A DNA stretch of 64,000 nt, taken from NCBI GenBank assembly GCA_028534125.1, contig CM052822.1, positions 58,900,001 to 58,964,000 on the forward strand, read 5' to 3'. Positions within the stretch are counted from its first letter, which is position 1, and each line of letters begins with the position of its first letter. The notes beneath the pieces were generated by a model. That model was not told the origin of the DNA. It was given only the letters and a program-made list of their open reading frames with translations, and did not search any database. Positions 48,453-61,591 of this stretch are shown here, piece after piece. The translations under genes were made by a program, and so were the position numbers. Source of the DNA: Lama glama. Taxonomy: Eukaryota.

Positions 48453-51249
48453 GGCTGGCTCTCGCAGGCAGGAGTCGGGCTCCTCAGCTGCCATGGTGCC
48501 CATCTACCTGCTAATTTTTATCAACCTTCGTCACCAGAGCCATCTTCTTTCCAGGAGTATGCCAGTCGCTCATCCTGCTAGGTGGGCACAAAAAAGGAAC
48601 AGTGGGGGAGCATGCTGGGCTGAGGCTTAGGATTTTAGATCTGCCTTTTTCCCTCACTTCTTTTACAATCAAATCCATGGGATACCGCCAGCTTTTATGC
48701 AGTATCATAATACGCACCAAGTGAAAAAGATGATGGGGGTCCTAGAGGTTATCTCGCTCGTGGGTCTTTGTAGGTTCTTGAGAGCAGGTGTGTGGGCGTC
48801 TTTGGGATGGCGAGTGATACAGATACCTGGGTATGAGTTCCAGCATCTCTCATTTTCATCTGAATGGCCAGTGAATATGTCAGGGGAGGGACGTAAGCCC
48901 CCAAATTGTCTCATCAGTCTCATGTTGCCCTGTATTTTGTTTGTGGTAAGATGCATTTGTTGGTAAAGAGGAAACCCTTATGTTGGCATGCAGGGTGTCT
49001 TCCCTCCACCCCCACATTTTGTAACTGCACAACTAGGTCGAATTGTTAACAGTTAAAGATAACCTCCCGCTGGAGAGGTATTTCCAGAATCCAAGCACTC
49101 CCGTTGTCTGTCAGTAGCTGTTGAAATTTTTGACGTGGCGCAAGAATTAGGTTGAAGGGGCAGATATTTTAGAGTTTCCCTCTGTGTAATAATCCTTTGG
49201 GTAACGAACCACAGAGCGGTTTCATGTTGGAAAAAGCAGGTGAGTCCACTCAAGGTCATGATCCAGAGGGAGCAGGAATAGATGTTTGTCTGTCTGTCGT
49301 GCTTTGGGTGGAGGGAGGAAAGCTCGTCGTTGGGCTGCCTCAGACCTTCATTAGTAACATCCTCATCACTTCCAACCTAAACCACATTTCTGTTTTGCCT
49401 CAGATTTCTCACCATAGTCCTCTCCCTGTTGTTTCACTTCTCCTGAAGCCTCTTTCCCTTCCTCGTACAATTCTTGTTTCCCCAGCCACTTTTCTTTCTG
49501 ACCATATGTATCGCCCGCTGGTATCCAAAAGCGCAAGGGAGTCAAAGAGAATGCTGACCACTGAAAGGAGTGAGTGGCCCAAAGCTCTTTTACTCTCTCA
49601 CGGTTATTATGACCGTACCTTTGTCTGTGTATTTGCTGATATTTGATTGTTGAAAAAGAAAAAACTTTCCCCATCTTCTCTGTGCCCCTGGCGTGTGAGT
49701 AACTCTGCAGATCCTTAGTCTAATACAAACTTCATATTTATCTTTCTTGGTTGTGGTGTCCTGATCTCATGTGGCTGTAAGTTGGGGCCTCTTGATAAAG
49801 AACCTTTCTGCATATTTTTAGCTACTTATATGATTACTTAGGCTGACTGTTTTGAAAGGTCTTTATCCAGAGGAAGGATGAGTCTGGCCTAGACAAAGGA
49901 TAACGTGGGATTTTGACTCTAGGAACCAGTTACAGCCTATTCTCCTGGGCATTTCCCTTCATGTAATGTATGAAAACGCTTTTCTGAACAGTGTAGAAAT
50001 GGAGAGGTTTTGTTCTGTTATAGGTTTATTCACTTCCTTTAACCCGTGTCATACCTTCGTTTTCATTCCTGAAGTTGCCTTCTTCCCCCTACCCCTAAGG
50101 ACTGGTACTCAGGTGCAGAGGTCCTTCCCACCCTTTGGAGAAAGGACAGTGTGGTCGCGTGGGCCCACAGCCTCCCACCTCACGGAGCTCTTACCTTCAG
50201 GGCAGGCTCCGTGTGGGGTGCCGCCAGAGACCCCTGCTGGGGCCGGGCCGCTGCTGCAGACGAGCAGGTCTTCTTTCCTTGTGCCTGTTCCCTTGATAAT
50301 CAGATTGCGCTCAGGTCCTCGTGTGTTGTGAAGATGTGAGTGTCCCTGACCCTATCCCATCCCTCCTCTTGAAATTTTGGTATCTTATTTTTGACCAGGA
50401 TTTCTCTACCCCCCTTTTTTCCCAGTTGCTTTCCCAGTAACTGCTTTTCCCAGTGACTATAAATCTGCTGTATCATACAGAAAAGGAGAAACACACAGAT
50501 CTCATGATTTCACGGCACCTCCTGGGTCCCTTGTGTGACCCCCCATAGGTATCTCCCTCAAGTTGGACTCAGGAACCCATAGGCTGACTTGAAGAGGACT
50601 ATGTAATGGACACTGTCCCTAGGTCAGCCCCTGCCGGGGAGCAGGCAGAAAGCTGGGGCACAGGACACCTGGCTCAGAAACCTGACTCCCTGTTTTTGAA
50701 GTGCATTGTCCCAGCTCTGGGTAGATGGAGCGGGAATTGCTGCCTGCGTCTTTCTCTGTTTTGGGTGAAGGCAGACTTGTAGTCTTTCCACCCCACGTCC
50801 TCACGTGGAGCCTGCACTGCCTCACACGAGACTCTTCCCATTGCACATGGGCCCCGTGATCTGGAGACCTGAGAGCCTTGCTTGCGGAGATGTGTTTTAC
50901 AGTGACACTGGTCTGGACAGAGCACCTGACGTTTCTGACCATCACTCAGCCTATTTTCCTGAGTGTCTCCCCTGCCACCTTTCATTGCCTCTCTTCTTTT
51001 TCTCCCTCTTGCTCCGTGGTCCTTCTCCTCAGCCATTGGTTCCCACTGGCTCTTGTTCCTTTCCCTGAGTCCCGAGTCTGGGAGGACTGTTCCAGGTCAG
51101 TGGTCTTGGTGTTCTGGTGGTGCTGCCAGCTTCAGGGCGAGAACAGTAAGCTAGACACCATGTTGTTACCTGATTCTCTTTGTGACCTTGAAGGCCAAAG
51201 CAACCAGAGAACTCACAGAGGACTCCAACAGTTCTTCCCAGCCTCACTC

Positions 51250-51460
51250 AGTTGGTTTGTAGCCACATTGGGCAAATCCACCCGACTGCCAGTTTTTGTA
51301 AATAAAGCTTTATTGAAACCCAGCCACACTAACCTTTTCATGTACTGTCTATGGCTCCTTTCATGTTATAACTGCAGAGTTGAGCAGTTACAACAGGATA
51401 TATGGCTCACAAAGCCTAAAACATTTACTGTCTTGTTATCAAAAATGTTTGCTGACCCTG
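51250..51460 (-). mobile_element. MER58A hAT-Charlie MITE
   Basis: tttttgtaaataaagctttattgaaacccagccacac...actgcagagttgagcagttacaacag...tggctcacaaagcctaaaacatttactgtc...tttgctgaccctg. Confidence 0.85.
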
Positions 51461-53199
51461 CTGTGCAGGGTTTGCCGAGTTGGGTTTAAATGGCCCGGTA
51501 CAGCCCTGAAAATGAGTCTGTCCTCGTGTCCCCTGCCTTTGAGTCTGGGTTACTTCTGGACCACAGAACGTGAGATCATTGTGTCCCATTGGATGGCATG
51601 TGCTTGGTGATGCCCCCTTTTCCAGGCACCCCACCCCCACCCCCCATACAGCTGCCTTTTTCAGGCAATTCCCTGCCACCCTGCCAAGGACAGGAAGATG
51701 TGGTGTAATCTCCCAGATGGGGAATTGTGTCCGTTGCTGGCATGTTCCCAGAAGTAGTGGTGAGGAAGAACATTAGCTAACCGGCTTTAAAGTGCAAACT
51801 CCGAGATTTTCACACTCCAGTTATCATGTGGTCCTGGGTAAGTGATTCCTTCCTGCCCTGGCATTCCTGTCTAAAACAGTGATCCAGTGATCCCAAGCCA
51901 CCCTCTTCCTTTTTGAGGCCCTTCCCGTGAATAAAACATTGGGGATCTCTGCACACCATCATGTCGGAGGGCCAGCTAGCCAGCACTCGCTCCCTGACCA
52001 GCTGCTGCCCCTACGGCGCCGTTAGGACAACCTGCGCTTTCAGAGAGGGGGCCCAAAGGTATTATTAAAAGATCAGTGCCGCCACTGAACCCTCTTCCCA
52101 GTCCCAGGCTGTAGCCTCGAGGTGCTGTTCCTTGGGGTGAGGGGCAGGGTGTATGGAGATTTGGGGATCATTTACAAGGCCTTCCTCAATGACCCCTTTG
52201 TCCTCTCTGAGATTGCCAAAATTGCCCTCTGCTGCTGCCTGGAAAATGACGTCCTCGTGCTGGACAGCGAGCTGAAAACTCCGGCTGCTGCCCTGACCTA
52301 TTTCCCTTCTTCCTGCTGGCATCAGAAGGGAGGATGTCCCCCTGGGGAGCTCATTCTGCAGGCTACAGTGGCCAAGGCACAGCCCTGGATTCCCTTCCTC
52401 CCACTACCCCTGCTTTTCTAAAAACAAAAATGCATAAAAGCATCACAAGCAACTGTTGTGGTTTGAAGAACAAGTATTTATGTTTCAAAGGAAAATGGAC
52501 TTAGCAGTCAATAGCGATGTATATTTATGGAGGGGGTTGGAAGGGAAGTAGTTCCTTCTCCTTTGTTTTAGCACCAAGTGTGCTGTGTCTTGTCTGAAAA
52601 AGAAATTGGTCTAAGCAGTCACTGTTGATCTAAATCTGTGTTTTCCCCCATGCCCTCTGTCTTTCCCTACAAGTGCAGCGGCACGTACCCTCACCCTTCC
52701 CACTCCCATCTGTCTGTGTGGGCCCCTTCCCTGTCCAGGAGACACGTGGGAGGAGGCATAGTGGCCAAGTTGTATCTCTGGATCAAAGCGATGAGGGTAG
52801 TTCGAACCCCAGGGAAGTCCCTCAGGGTGGAGGACCCCCACTGCTCCCTAACGCTCCATCAGTGCCATTCCCCCGGTAGCCCTCGCTGAGCTGGGAATAA
52901 TAACCCACTGGAAATGCAAGCCAGCTGTCCAGCGATGTTGCATTTATTTGCACAGAAACACCCTGGTCTAGATTATCTCTGCCACTGTCCAGGAAGAGGG
53001 GATGTCATACAGCCAGCTTTCTAAGCGGCTCTCCTGTCCCACGAGGTCTTAAGGCTATTCGAGGGCTAAGGCTTTTCTCACCTCCCCACACATGCTTGAC
53101 AGCTCATCACCCACCAGTGGTCTTTCAATCTGTTCTCCATTTAAGGCTATTTTCTTTGAAGGGGGCTCTGGTAAAGACTTTGTCTTAATAGTGATCAAA

Positions 53200-53410
53200 C
53201 TTTCATTTTATATAGCATTTTCTGGTGTAAGAGTGCTTTCACACATACAGTATTTTGTTTTAATCTCACAGTAAACCTATAAGAGAAATATTATCCCCAG
53301 TTTTACAGTTTTGGAATCTAAGATGCAGAGTGAACTGCCTCTATTCACAAAGCTTATTGTAGAATAAGTCCCCAAACCCAAATGTCTGCATTCCCAATCA
53401 GGCGCTTTTT
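53200..53410 (-). mobile_element. MIR SINE
   Basis: gtgctttcacacata...tttaatctcacagtaaacctat...attatccccagttttacag. Confidence 0.7.
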
Positions 53411-53639
53411 CTCCTAGAATTTTGCCAGTTTTGCTATTAGAAGGTGGTCATTCTTTTTAGCCATGTTGTGTATTTCTCAACCCTTCAGTATCTGGAACGA
53501 ATGAATTAGTAAAGGGTCTCCCTGGAGGTCCAGCACTGACTCAGTGGGCAGCTGCTGCTGAGGGTGGTTCTGGGAGCTCATGAGACTGTGGAGGGCTCTG
53601 AGGAGGCTGCTCATACCATGCCTCCCCAAAGTATTTACT

Positions 53640-54272
53640 CTCCTCTTGTCAGGCTTCTTAGATCTTTTGACTTCCTGATTCCTCTCTAACTTACCTGGCT
53701 TCATTTCAGTTTGATCATGTATATCCACATCTCTGTCACTAATCTTCCTTAAACTCCCCGTTGCCTCTGGGATAAAGACCAGTCTTCTGGGTTTATGTAT
53801 ATCCTTGACTACCTCTCAACTTCGAAAATCGCCACTACTCATTTCATTGCCTGTACGTGATCAGAAGGGACCTTATTGAACTCAAAATTCTCCATTCATA
53901 ACTTTCCACTCCATTTTTCCCATCCCTTACCCCACATCAGCTTACTGTCTCTACCCAGTATATAAACCATTCCCCTCCTGTGCTCTCTGTTCTTCCCTGT
54001 CCTTCAAGACGCACCTCCTCCTCCAGGAAGCCCTTCCTGGATCTCTCAGGCTGGGAGAGATGACCTTCCTTCAGTCTCAAACGCCTTGTACATACATGCA
54101 TCTGTCATGTACTGGCCAACGATGTTGAAGGCATCTGTCTGTGTTGGCTTCTGCACTAGATTGGTAGCTCCTCCAGGACAAGAAGCATGCTTTTGTCTTT
54201 GTGTTCTCTGTATTTTGCTTGGTGTGTGGGAGCTATGCAATAGATAGATACTCATTAAATCAACTGATTGAT
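53640..54272 (+). mobile_element. L2 LINE 3' region
   Basis: cctcctccaggaagcccttcctggat...actagattggtagctcctccaggacaagaagcatg...actcattaaatcaactgattga. Confidence 0.7.
53825..54160 (+). other. Region similar to the human SND1-IT1 (NAG8) ORF, non-coding here (no ATG, stop, frameshifts)
   Basis: Fragments VIRRDL (53857-), LTVSTQYINHSP (53941-53976) and FKTHLLLQEALPGSLRLGEMTFLQ (54003-54074) resemble the human peptide as recalled; about 5.8 kb downstream of the SND1 exon, similar to the recalled human position. Confidence 0.55.
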
Positions 54273-57099
54273 TCCCTGTGACCTAATTCTAGAGATCGGG
54301 AAGAAGACCTGTTCTTGTCTTACAGTTTTGGAAAAGTTCTCTAAGCTCAGCCTTTGTGGGGCAGGGAGGAAGTCTTTGGAATATTGAGGCTGGACACACA
54401 GCTGTTAATTAATGAACTTCTCATTGAAAAAGCCAATTACTAAGACCTGATTTTATGCTTACTATGGGACCCTGACCTCCCTGGGTCTCCCCATCGTACA
54501 GGTGGGTAATGAGATAATGGTATTTGAGTGTTTTGAAAAACTTTCAGTGTTCAACTAGGAAACATTGGTGTCCCTTCACCACTCTCCTGGTACAGGCTAC
54601 TTATCTCTTTCTCTCCCTTGTCATTTACCATCCTCTGCTTTGTTGATCTAACTATTAAATGAGGTGAAGGATTTAGTTTGAAGTTCAAATTCCTGTTCAG
54701 TGGTGGGCTTTAAGCACCAAGTGAATACTAGGCTGTTATCTGCCCACGTACAGGCCCTACCTAACCCTTGCCAAGTAGCTCTAAAAACTCTGGAAGGAGG
54801 GCCCTCAAGTCCCGTTCTAGCCCCTAAATGAAAGTGGCATCAAAATGATAAGGTGAGGTCAAAATGAAGAATGTCACAATTGCCCTTTGTTCCCCTTCCC
54901 TTGGCTGCTGGGTCTCCCCTGTCGGCTTTTAAACTCCTTGGGAGCCAGTCACCGGTCGCCCTCCCCGAGCAAGCTCAGCAGCATGCACTGACAGGAGCCA
55001 GCGGAGTGCTGGCTCCAGTGGGATTCCTCTCAGCAAAGCTGCTGGCTCAGCTGGCCGTTGTCTGCTCCCCTATTCTTCTGCTTGGAACTTTCATAGCCAG
55101 TCAGGCAGAGAATTGCATCCATTCTTCTGAAATAGCTGCTGGGCCTAATTCTTCACTGGCTTGGCCAAGATCTTATTACCTGTAATTATATCATACAGCC
55201 TGACTGGTCCAGGTTTGATAGGCCTCACAGCCCTCCAGAGGCTAATGTTCACATCCCAGGCTGGCTGCTGGGATCTGGAGCAGAATAAGGTTTAGGGCCA
55301 CAAGAGATTTGGCCTCCTTGGGGCATAGAAGATGTAAGGTCTCAAGGATGTAATTCTGTCCCAGAGAAGGAAATCCTTTTCAGTGGAGGGATTCTTCCTT
55401 TCCCTGGGGAATTGGTTCCACTACTGTGAACTCTTCCTTAAGAGACTTGAGTGTTTTCCTTGACAGTTCAGTCTGGTTCTTCTTACTATTTCTACCAGTA
55501 AAAGGAAATTAGATGTGTAGTCATTTCTTCCACAAGTAGATGCCTTGGCAATGCCAAGACAGTCCCTGGCACTGATTTTTCCTTTCCATCTTCAGTTCTA
55601 ACCACATGAGTCCCAGGATAGAGCTGTGAAAGACTCAAACATGACTTCCTCTTGCATCTTTCTGCTAGAATGGTCCACGGTACTTACTTTGAACCTTATC
55701 TAAATTGAGGCCTGGAAGTGTGTATAGTGGGCAGGGATTGCCATTGGAGAATGCATTTACTGGGTCACGAACAGATTGTCACTACAAACGTAAGGTCATG
55801 AAAATCCTTCAGACAGAGCCTTGCCAAGCAGCACCCCTGCCTCCTCTGGTGTTCGATACTGTCTGCCTGCCTGACATAAAACAGTGCTCTTTATGAACCA
55901 TCCCTGTGGAAACCGGCTACTGCCAGGCACGTTCGGCCTCCCAGTCTCCCTTCCGTAGAGCTGCAGAGAGCCTCTGACCCGAACAGATGGAGAATTGCCA
56001 TCAGGAGGTGAGAGAGCACTGGACTCCTCCAAGGGGAGGCCTGTGCCAGGTGAGCTGGGTGCCATTTATTTTAATTTAAGTTTCTCTTACCTCTTCAGTC
56101 ATCCTGGGTATTCACTGCTTCTTAAGCTTTGGTTAGAATTCTCTTTTTAAAAAAGAAAAAAGCCAGGGGGTTGGGGGAGAAGCTAACATTCTCAATTACA
56201 AAGGGCTGAAGGAGAGGGACTCAGAATCTGTGTCTTTCAGGTGAAATCCCTTATTATGAAATCTGTCCACTTCTTTCTGGAAGCCTAATTTGGAAAATAG
56301 TTCTAGTTCATTAATACCTTTAGATCGTATTTACTTTTTGCACAAAAGGCGGCCCCAGACAGATGAGCCCCGCCCTATTTCCAGAAGAGCTTCGCGTCCG
56401 CCCCAGGCACCCCAGCCCACGCCCGTGGAGACTTGGGTGTGAGCTTTCATGCCGGCGTATTTGGGGGTCTTCAGGCCTCATGCCTCCCTGTTCTGTTTGT
56501 CTTAACTATTCCCAGACAAACCTGCTGCCTGAATATTAATAATTTCCCCTTGGAATTAGATAATTCAGCTGATTTCATTTGAAAACACAGCCCCTGATAG
56601 ACAATAGCAGGGCCGCCGGAGCTGCCGGCGAGGAGGAAGCAGATTGTGGACTGCGTTTGCTCTCCAGGTAGTGCCGACGTTCCGGTGCTGGTCGTGCGGC
56701 TCCCCCAAGGACGCAGGCAGGCCTGTTCCGCTGGATGAGCCAACCTTCACCCTGTCCGCTTCTTGTCATTAGCTTGCCCACCCCCTGCGCCTGCCGCCAA
56801 GGACTGCACGAGATCTTCTGGGTTCTACACCTGGCTCTGTTGATGAACTTGCCGCTTGCCGCTCCACCCGTGACAGTCTCTGGTCAGCTGAACTTAAATG
56901 GATTTTGAAAATGAAAGTGACCAATGGTCTGTTATGAAATGCACTGGTGCATGAAATAAGATTATGAGCAAGCTTGAGAATTAACAGTGGAGATCCCCTA
57001 ACCTGGTCTGAACAACATGTGTCACATTTTCAGGGAGGATAAGCTCATTCTTAGACCCCTCACCAGAACATTTAAGGACAAGTTTCCCTTCCTGGTCAC

Positions 57100-57410
57100 T
57101 TCACTTCTGTTAGTAACGTGTGCAGCATCAGACCTGGGTTCTCATTCCATCGTCACCATTTACTGTGTGACCTTGAACACGATCCTTAGCCTCTCTAAAA
57201 CCAGGGCAGTCTTGATGCATAGTAGAATTCAACACAAACTGTGCCCCTGGGGTGGTGTGATGCAGCTGTCCTGCTAAACCTAATTGCCTTACCTACAACA
57301 AAGGTACCTTCTCTGTAGGGTCATTGTGGAAATAATGTATTTGTGTATTGTGCCCAGCACTGGTGCTCTGATAGTGAACAGTGAGCAACAGTTCATAGCA
57401 TCATTTTTAT
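57100..57410 (+). mobile_element. MIR SINE interrupted by a 72-bp MER91-like hAT MITE (57202-57273)
   Basis: MIR cagacctgggttc...atttactgtgtgaccttgaacac...cctctct; insert bounded by cagggcag / ctgtcctg with ctaaaac / ctaaacc flanks; MIR resumes tagggtcattgtgg. Confidence 0.6.
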
Positions 57411-60400
57411 TATGAGTCAGAATTCTGTTGGGATTTAGCTAAAAATCTAGGATGAGAACTTGACTGAGGACAAACTGCTATACTCGGAGTAGGCAGGGGT
57501 GCTGGGCATTAGGCATATGTGTTAGGAGCCTTTAAGCAGAATGAGGGGTCAGCCAGTCTCTCTTCTACAAAGTAAGATAAAAGTCAGGGTCTCTGCCGCT
57601 GCTTCTGCGTCATCCTGCACGTGGGAACAGCTGCTTCCTAGGCAGTGTCCTGTTCAGTGGGAAAACTAATTCTGAGAAGTCCTGAACCTGCACATGAAGC
57701 CTCTTCTAGACTTGACAATGGACAGGTAAGCCAGCCCTCACTATGGAGAGGGAAGCTACGTGGACACATGCCCCATGAACGTCTAAAGAAGAGTGGCTTG
57801 AGGATCTGTGCCAGGTGCTCACACTGCCGTGGGGGGTTTGGAGGGTGATCTGCCAACACCGTGGGCTCTCCATGCTTTCTCATTTTACACTGGACTGTGA
57901 CCTTGCTCATTTCCCAGTGTCACTGGGACTTGAAAATGAGGGCTACGTGGATGACTTATCTAGAGCTGGGCTAGTCCATGCTTCCTCATCTGATCCTCTG
58001 ATAATGAAGCAGTGCTCTTTTTTGTCCCCATACTGCCTGACCGTGACCACAGTAGCCAAAGATTGCCATGAGTTTATCTTTGGAAGAGAGTGGAGTGCCA
58101 GGGATGAGCCTCTGAAAGAAAGATCTACATGTTAGCCAGGATTGAAAGGGACAAGAAAAGGACCCCAAGGTGAATCCTTTGGGACGCTCGCTGCAGCAAG
58201 AACAAAAGCTATCCTTCTGAGGCAGGAATGGAAAGTGGAATTGGAAGCTGCTGCACCGTGTCATTTTTCTCTCCACGTTAACATGATGCCTTCCTCTTCC
58301 CCCTTTTCCTTCTCTTAATGCAGTGGAATTCTTTGTGATAGTCGCCAAGAAAGGATCTTGGCACTGAATGTATACCCAGAGGTGGAAGATCATGCAAATA
58401 AGACCAACAGGTTCCTCCTTTCCCAACCAGAGCCCTGCAGGGGCCACTGCACTTCAGAAGTCTCTATGTGCTCGCAGTGCTGGGATGCTGGGATGATGTT
58501 ACCGCTCCAGTTAAATAAGTCTGAAACCACTGACCCAGGATTTTTATAGCAGTGTTCCAACCTTATATGAGGAAATGCAACAAATAGTCCATTACCACTG
58601 ATTGGATATGGATTTTTGGCCTGGCTACTTGCCACTTGGTAATTTTAGAATAGGGTCACTTTCGGAATTGGAAGATTCCTTGTAGGAGGATACTGGTGTT
58701 TGCTAAATAGTTGTTTCTTATCTTCACGCCCTCTTACAGCCGTGCTCTCGCTCCTGAGTGTGGGGCCGTCTCTGTCTGCCTGGCAGAGGCAACCAGGGCT
58801 CATCCTTCACCGGTTTACAGGGCTGCAGACGTGGCCATTTCCAGCCGCCCAGGGTGCACTTCACCACTTCCTCCTTCTAATCTCAGCACTTCCACTCTAA
58901 ACACATCAGCAGCTTTGTAACTTGTATTTTATTTTGCTCTACGTTTTGGCCCTTCAGGTATTTGTGGGAGGGACGTGGGGAGACTGGCGAACTGTATTGT
59001 CATTGATTTCAGCATTACACAATTACACCCTGAGTCACTGTCTCTGGAGAATGATTTAAGTCAGAGTGCCAAGAGCATCCTGAAGGGCTCACTGCTTTCA
59101 CGCGTGGGTTTTTATGGTTGGGTTCTGCTTTGTATTTGGTATGTGACTGCCTGCCTTGGTTTCACCATCTGCAAAATGGGAGCATTTGGCCCTCCTCAGC
59201 CTGGAGGACTCAAAGGCATGATGGCGAGGTTCCTGAGGGGCCTTCAGTTATCCCCACATCTGTAGAGAAGGGTTGCCAGCTCCAGGTGACAGTTAACCAC
59301 GCACAAGCCGGGGGCTCTGTGTGACCTAGAGAGACCTGCATCTGAATAGTTAGACCGAAATGATGAAACAGCAGAACTGTGTTCGCAGACCCTGAGATCT
59401 GAGCGTTCTTTACCTCACTAGGCTAACCATGGGCCGAATTTCCCTTTTCTCTCTGCCATACAGTCTGTTACATTGCCTCTTTCTTGACATGACTTTGGTT
59501 CTGATAAGCAGTACTTCCTAAACTGCCACTGTCCCGGAGGACTGAACGGTTCTCTGTCTTCCTTGAGGCCACCTGGTTGGACTAAGCCCTGAGAATCAGA
59601 CACTACTTGTATGTCTTCCTGTTGGGGGCTCATGCCCACCTGTGCTGTTTCCGGGTTCACTGGGGAAGCCTCTGTTTACATAAACAGTTGGTCATCTCAC
59701 CTGTCTGCAGGTGGTCGTCGTCCCAGGGTTCGGATCTGACCCCTCATCTTTTAACCCTGGCCTCTGATCTTCGTGACCTATCTTTCAGCCCTGAGCATTT
59801 CAAAGGACAGGCTTGAACCCCACAAGCCATCATTTTTGTTATTATGAAGTATGAGGCAAGATGGTTTCGGCTTCCTGTCTAGTTTTTATTTTGCCAGTTG
59901 ACCCACAGGTGGGTGAGTACAGTGGAGCTAGAGATTACTCTCGAAGCATCTGAATCTTGCGTCCTGTACAGAATTTTAGCGAGCTGTTGAGATAGCCCGG
60001 CCAAACACCACTAAAGAATGGCAACGTCAAAACTTCATGAAGCCTTGGGATCCATAGAGCCTCGCAAAGTACAGACCTCAGGCCTCGCATCAGGAGGAAC
60101 CACGTGGCTTAACCTGCTCTGCTGAGGCCCAGGAGGCACCGAGGTGTGGAGGGGGCCCCAAGACTGCTCTCCGCGGCTGCCCTGCAGGGTGTGAGGAGGG
60201 CTCTTCCTGACACGTTCGCACGTGCACCTGAGCATCCCTAACACCCCGTGACAGGAAGGACCAGCTCTAGGGAGGTCCAGCCTTCTCACACTGCCCAGAC
60301 TTCTTTCATCTGCCCTTTCTCTCTCATTCTTTCACCCTCCCCCTTGTGTTTCTGTAATTTGTACAGTATCGTTGAGAGATGTTGAAGAGATCAATAGCAA

Positions 60401-61086
60401 TTCACCTTTTCCCTTATTGATTAAAGTGGCGGCAAGGAAAAATGGCAGGCGGTGCCAATTCATTTATCAGGAGCTGTCCCTTTCCTACCCAGCCACCAGT
60501 GACCTCTCCCTCTGCCTGTTACTCTGCTTCTCTGCAGCTGGGGTTACTCGTTTCCCGGCTGCTGCGACAGGAATGAGAGCCCACTGTGTTTGGCTCCTCG
60601 GACCAAAGCTGAGTGGGCAAGGAGACTGCAGGTGATGAGCAAGAAATCCCATGGAGCCTGTTCTCTGTGGCCTTATTTGTGGAGTTGGCTGCGTGTGCTC
60701 AACTCTCACAAAGAGGCAGCATGGCAGCAGTTGATGGACGTTGCTGCCTCACCCAACGCTTCCCTCCCTCTGTTTTTCTAAAGGGCACAGTCCGCCTTTA
60801 TTAGCTATTTTCCTACAAAGCGTAAATTGAGTGTGCTAAGTGAAAAACCCATGACTCCTGTGAACTGGCTTTTTGCTGTGGGTGCAAAGGTTTGTCCTTC
60901 CCTCCATGAGCCTTCAGAGGGTAACTCTGGCTCACCTTGGGGGAATTCGGGGGGTGGGCGCGGGGAGCAAGGGTTCTGGTGCTCAGACGGGATCTGTATC
61001 CGCCAAGGGGTAAAGAGTGGAGACAACTGATAGAAATAATCAGCTTCTTTCTCAACCTTAGAAACAAGCCCCAGAAGGGGTGTGTA

Positions 61087-61088
<2 letters not shown>

Positions 61089-61118
<30 letters not shown>
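61089..61118 (+). repeat. (TG)15 microsatellite
   Basis: Directly visible. Confidence 0.95.
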
Positions 61119-61121
<3 letters not shown>

Positions 61122-61577
61122 CTGTTCTCCCTCAGTAGAAACACCCTCTGACTCTTAACTTGGGAAAGGTGATGGAGACCCCCCCACTCTCACCCCCACC
61201 TGCTCTGTGACATTTCAGGTGCCACACACTGAAGAGTTCATTTTTATAACTGCATCTGGAATTGCAAATACTTATGGTGGGACGCCCAGGGGTCTCTGAA
61301 TCCCAGGGGCACTTAAGAGGGAAGTTGGCCCTGACTAGAAGAGCAACACTGGGCTAACCCAGCCTCTTTTCTCTTCCTGCAGCGGAGTTTGAATTTCGCT
61401 GGTTCTTTAGCACACACCCTTACACCAAAGCACCTGTTGTCCACCAGGCACAACTGTTCAGCCCTCTCAGCCCCTCCTCAGTGTAAGCCAGTTCCAGAAA
61501 CCGCAGTCTGTAGAGTTTGGGCTTGGAGTATTTAGAGAGCTACCGAGAAGCTGCCCCTGCTCCCTGACCTCCGCCAC

Positions 61578-61591
61578 CCAGCAGAGGGAGC
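61578..61591 (+). promoter_or_regulatory. Candidate CTCF core motif
   Basis: CCAGCAGAGGGAGC vs consensus CCASYAGRKGGCRS (one mismatch). Confidence 0.45.

Noticed and set aside
50878-51489. 203-aa ORF
   Set aside because: Non-ATG start; its 3' part runs through a MER58A MITE.
54871-55185. 104-aa ATG ORF as a possible NAG8-like protein
   Set aside because: Does not resemble the recalled human peptide; no other coding evidence.
61360-61490. Possible 100-nt pseudo-exon (AG 61381-61382; AGT|gtaagc)
   Set aside because: Weak donor, frameshifting, no supporting evidence.
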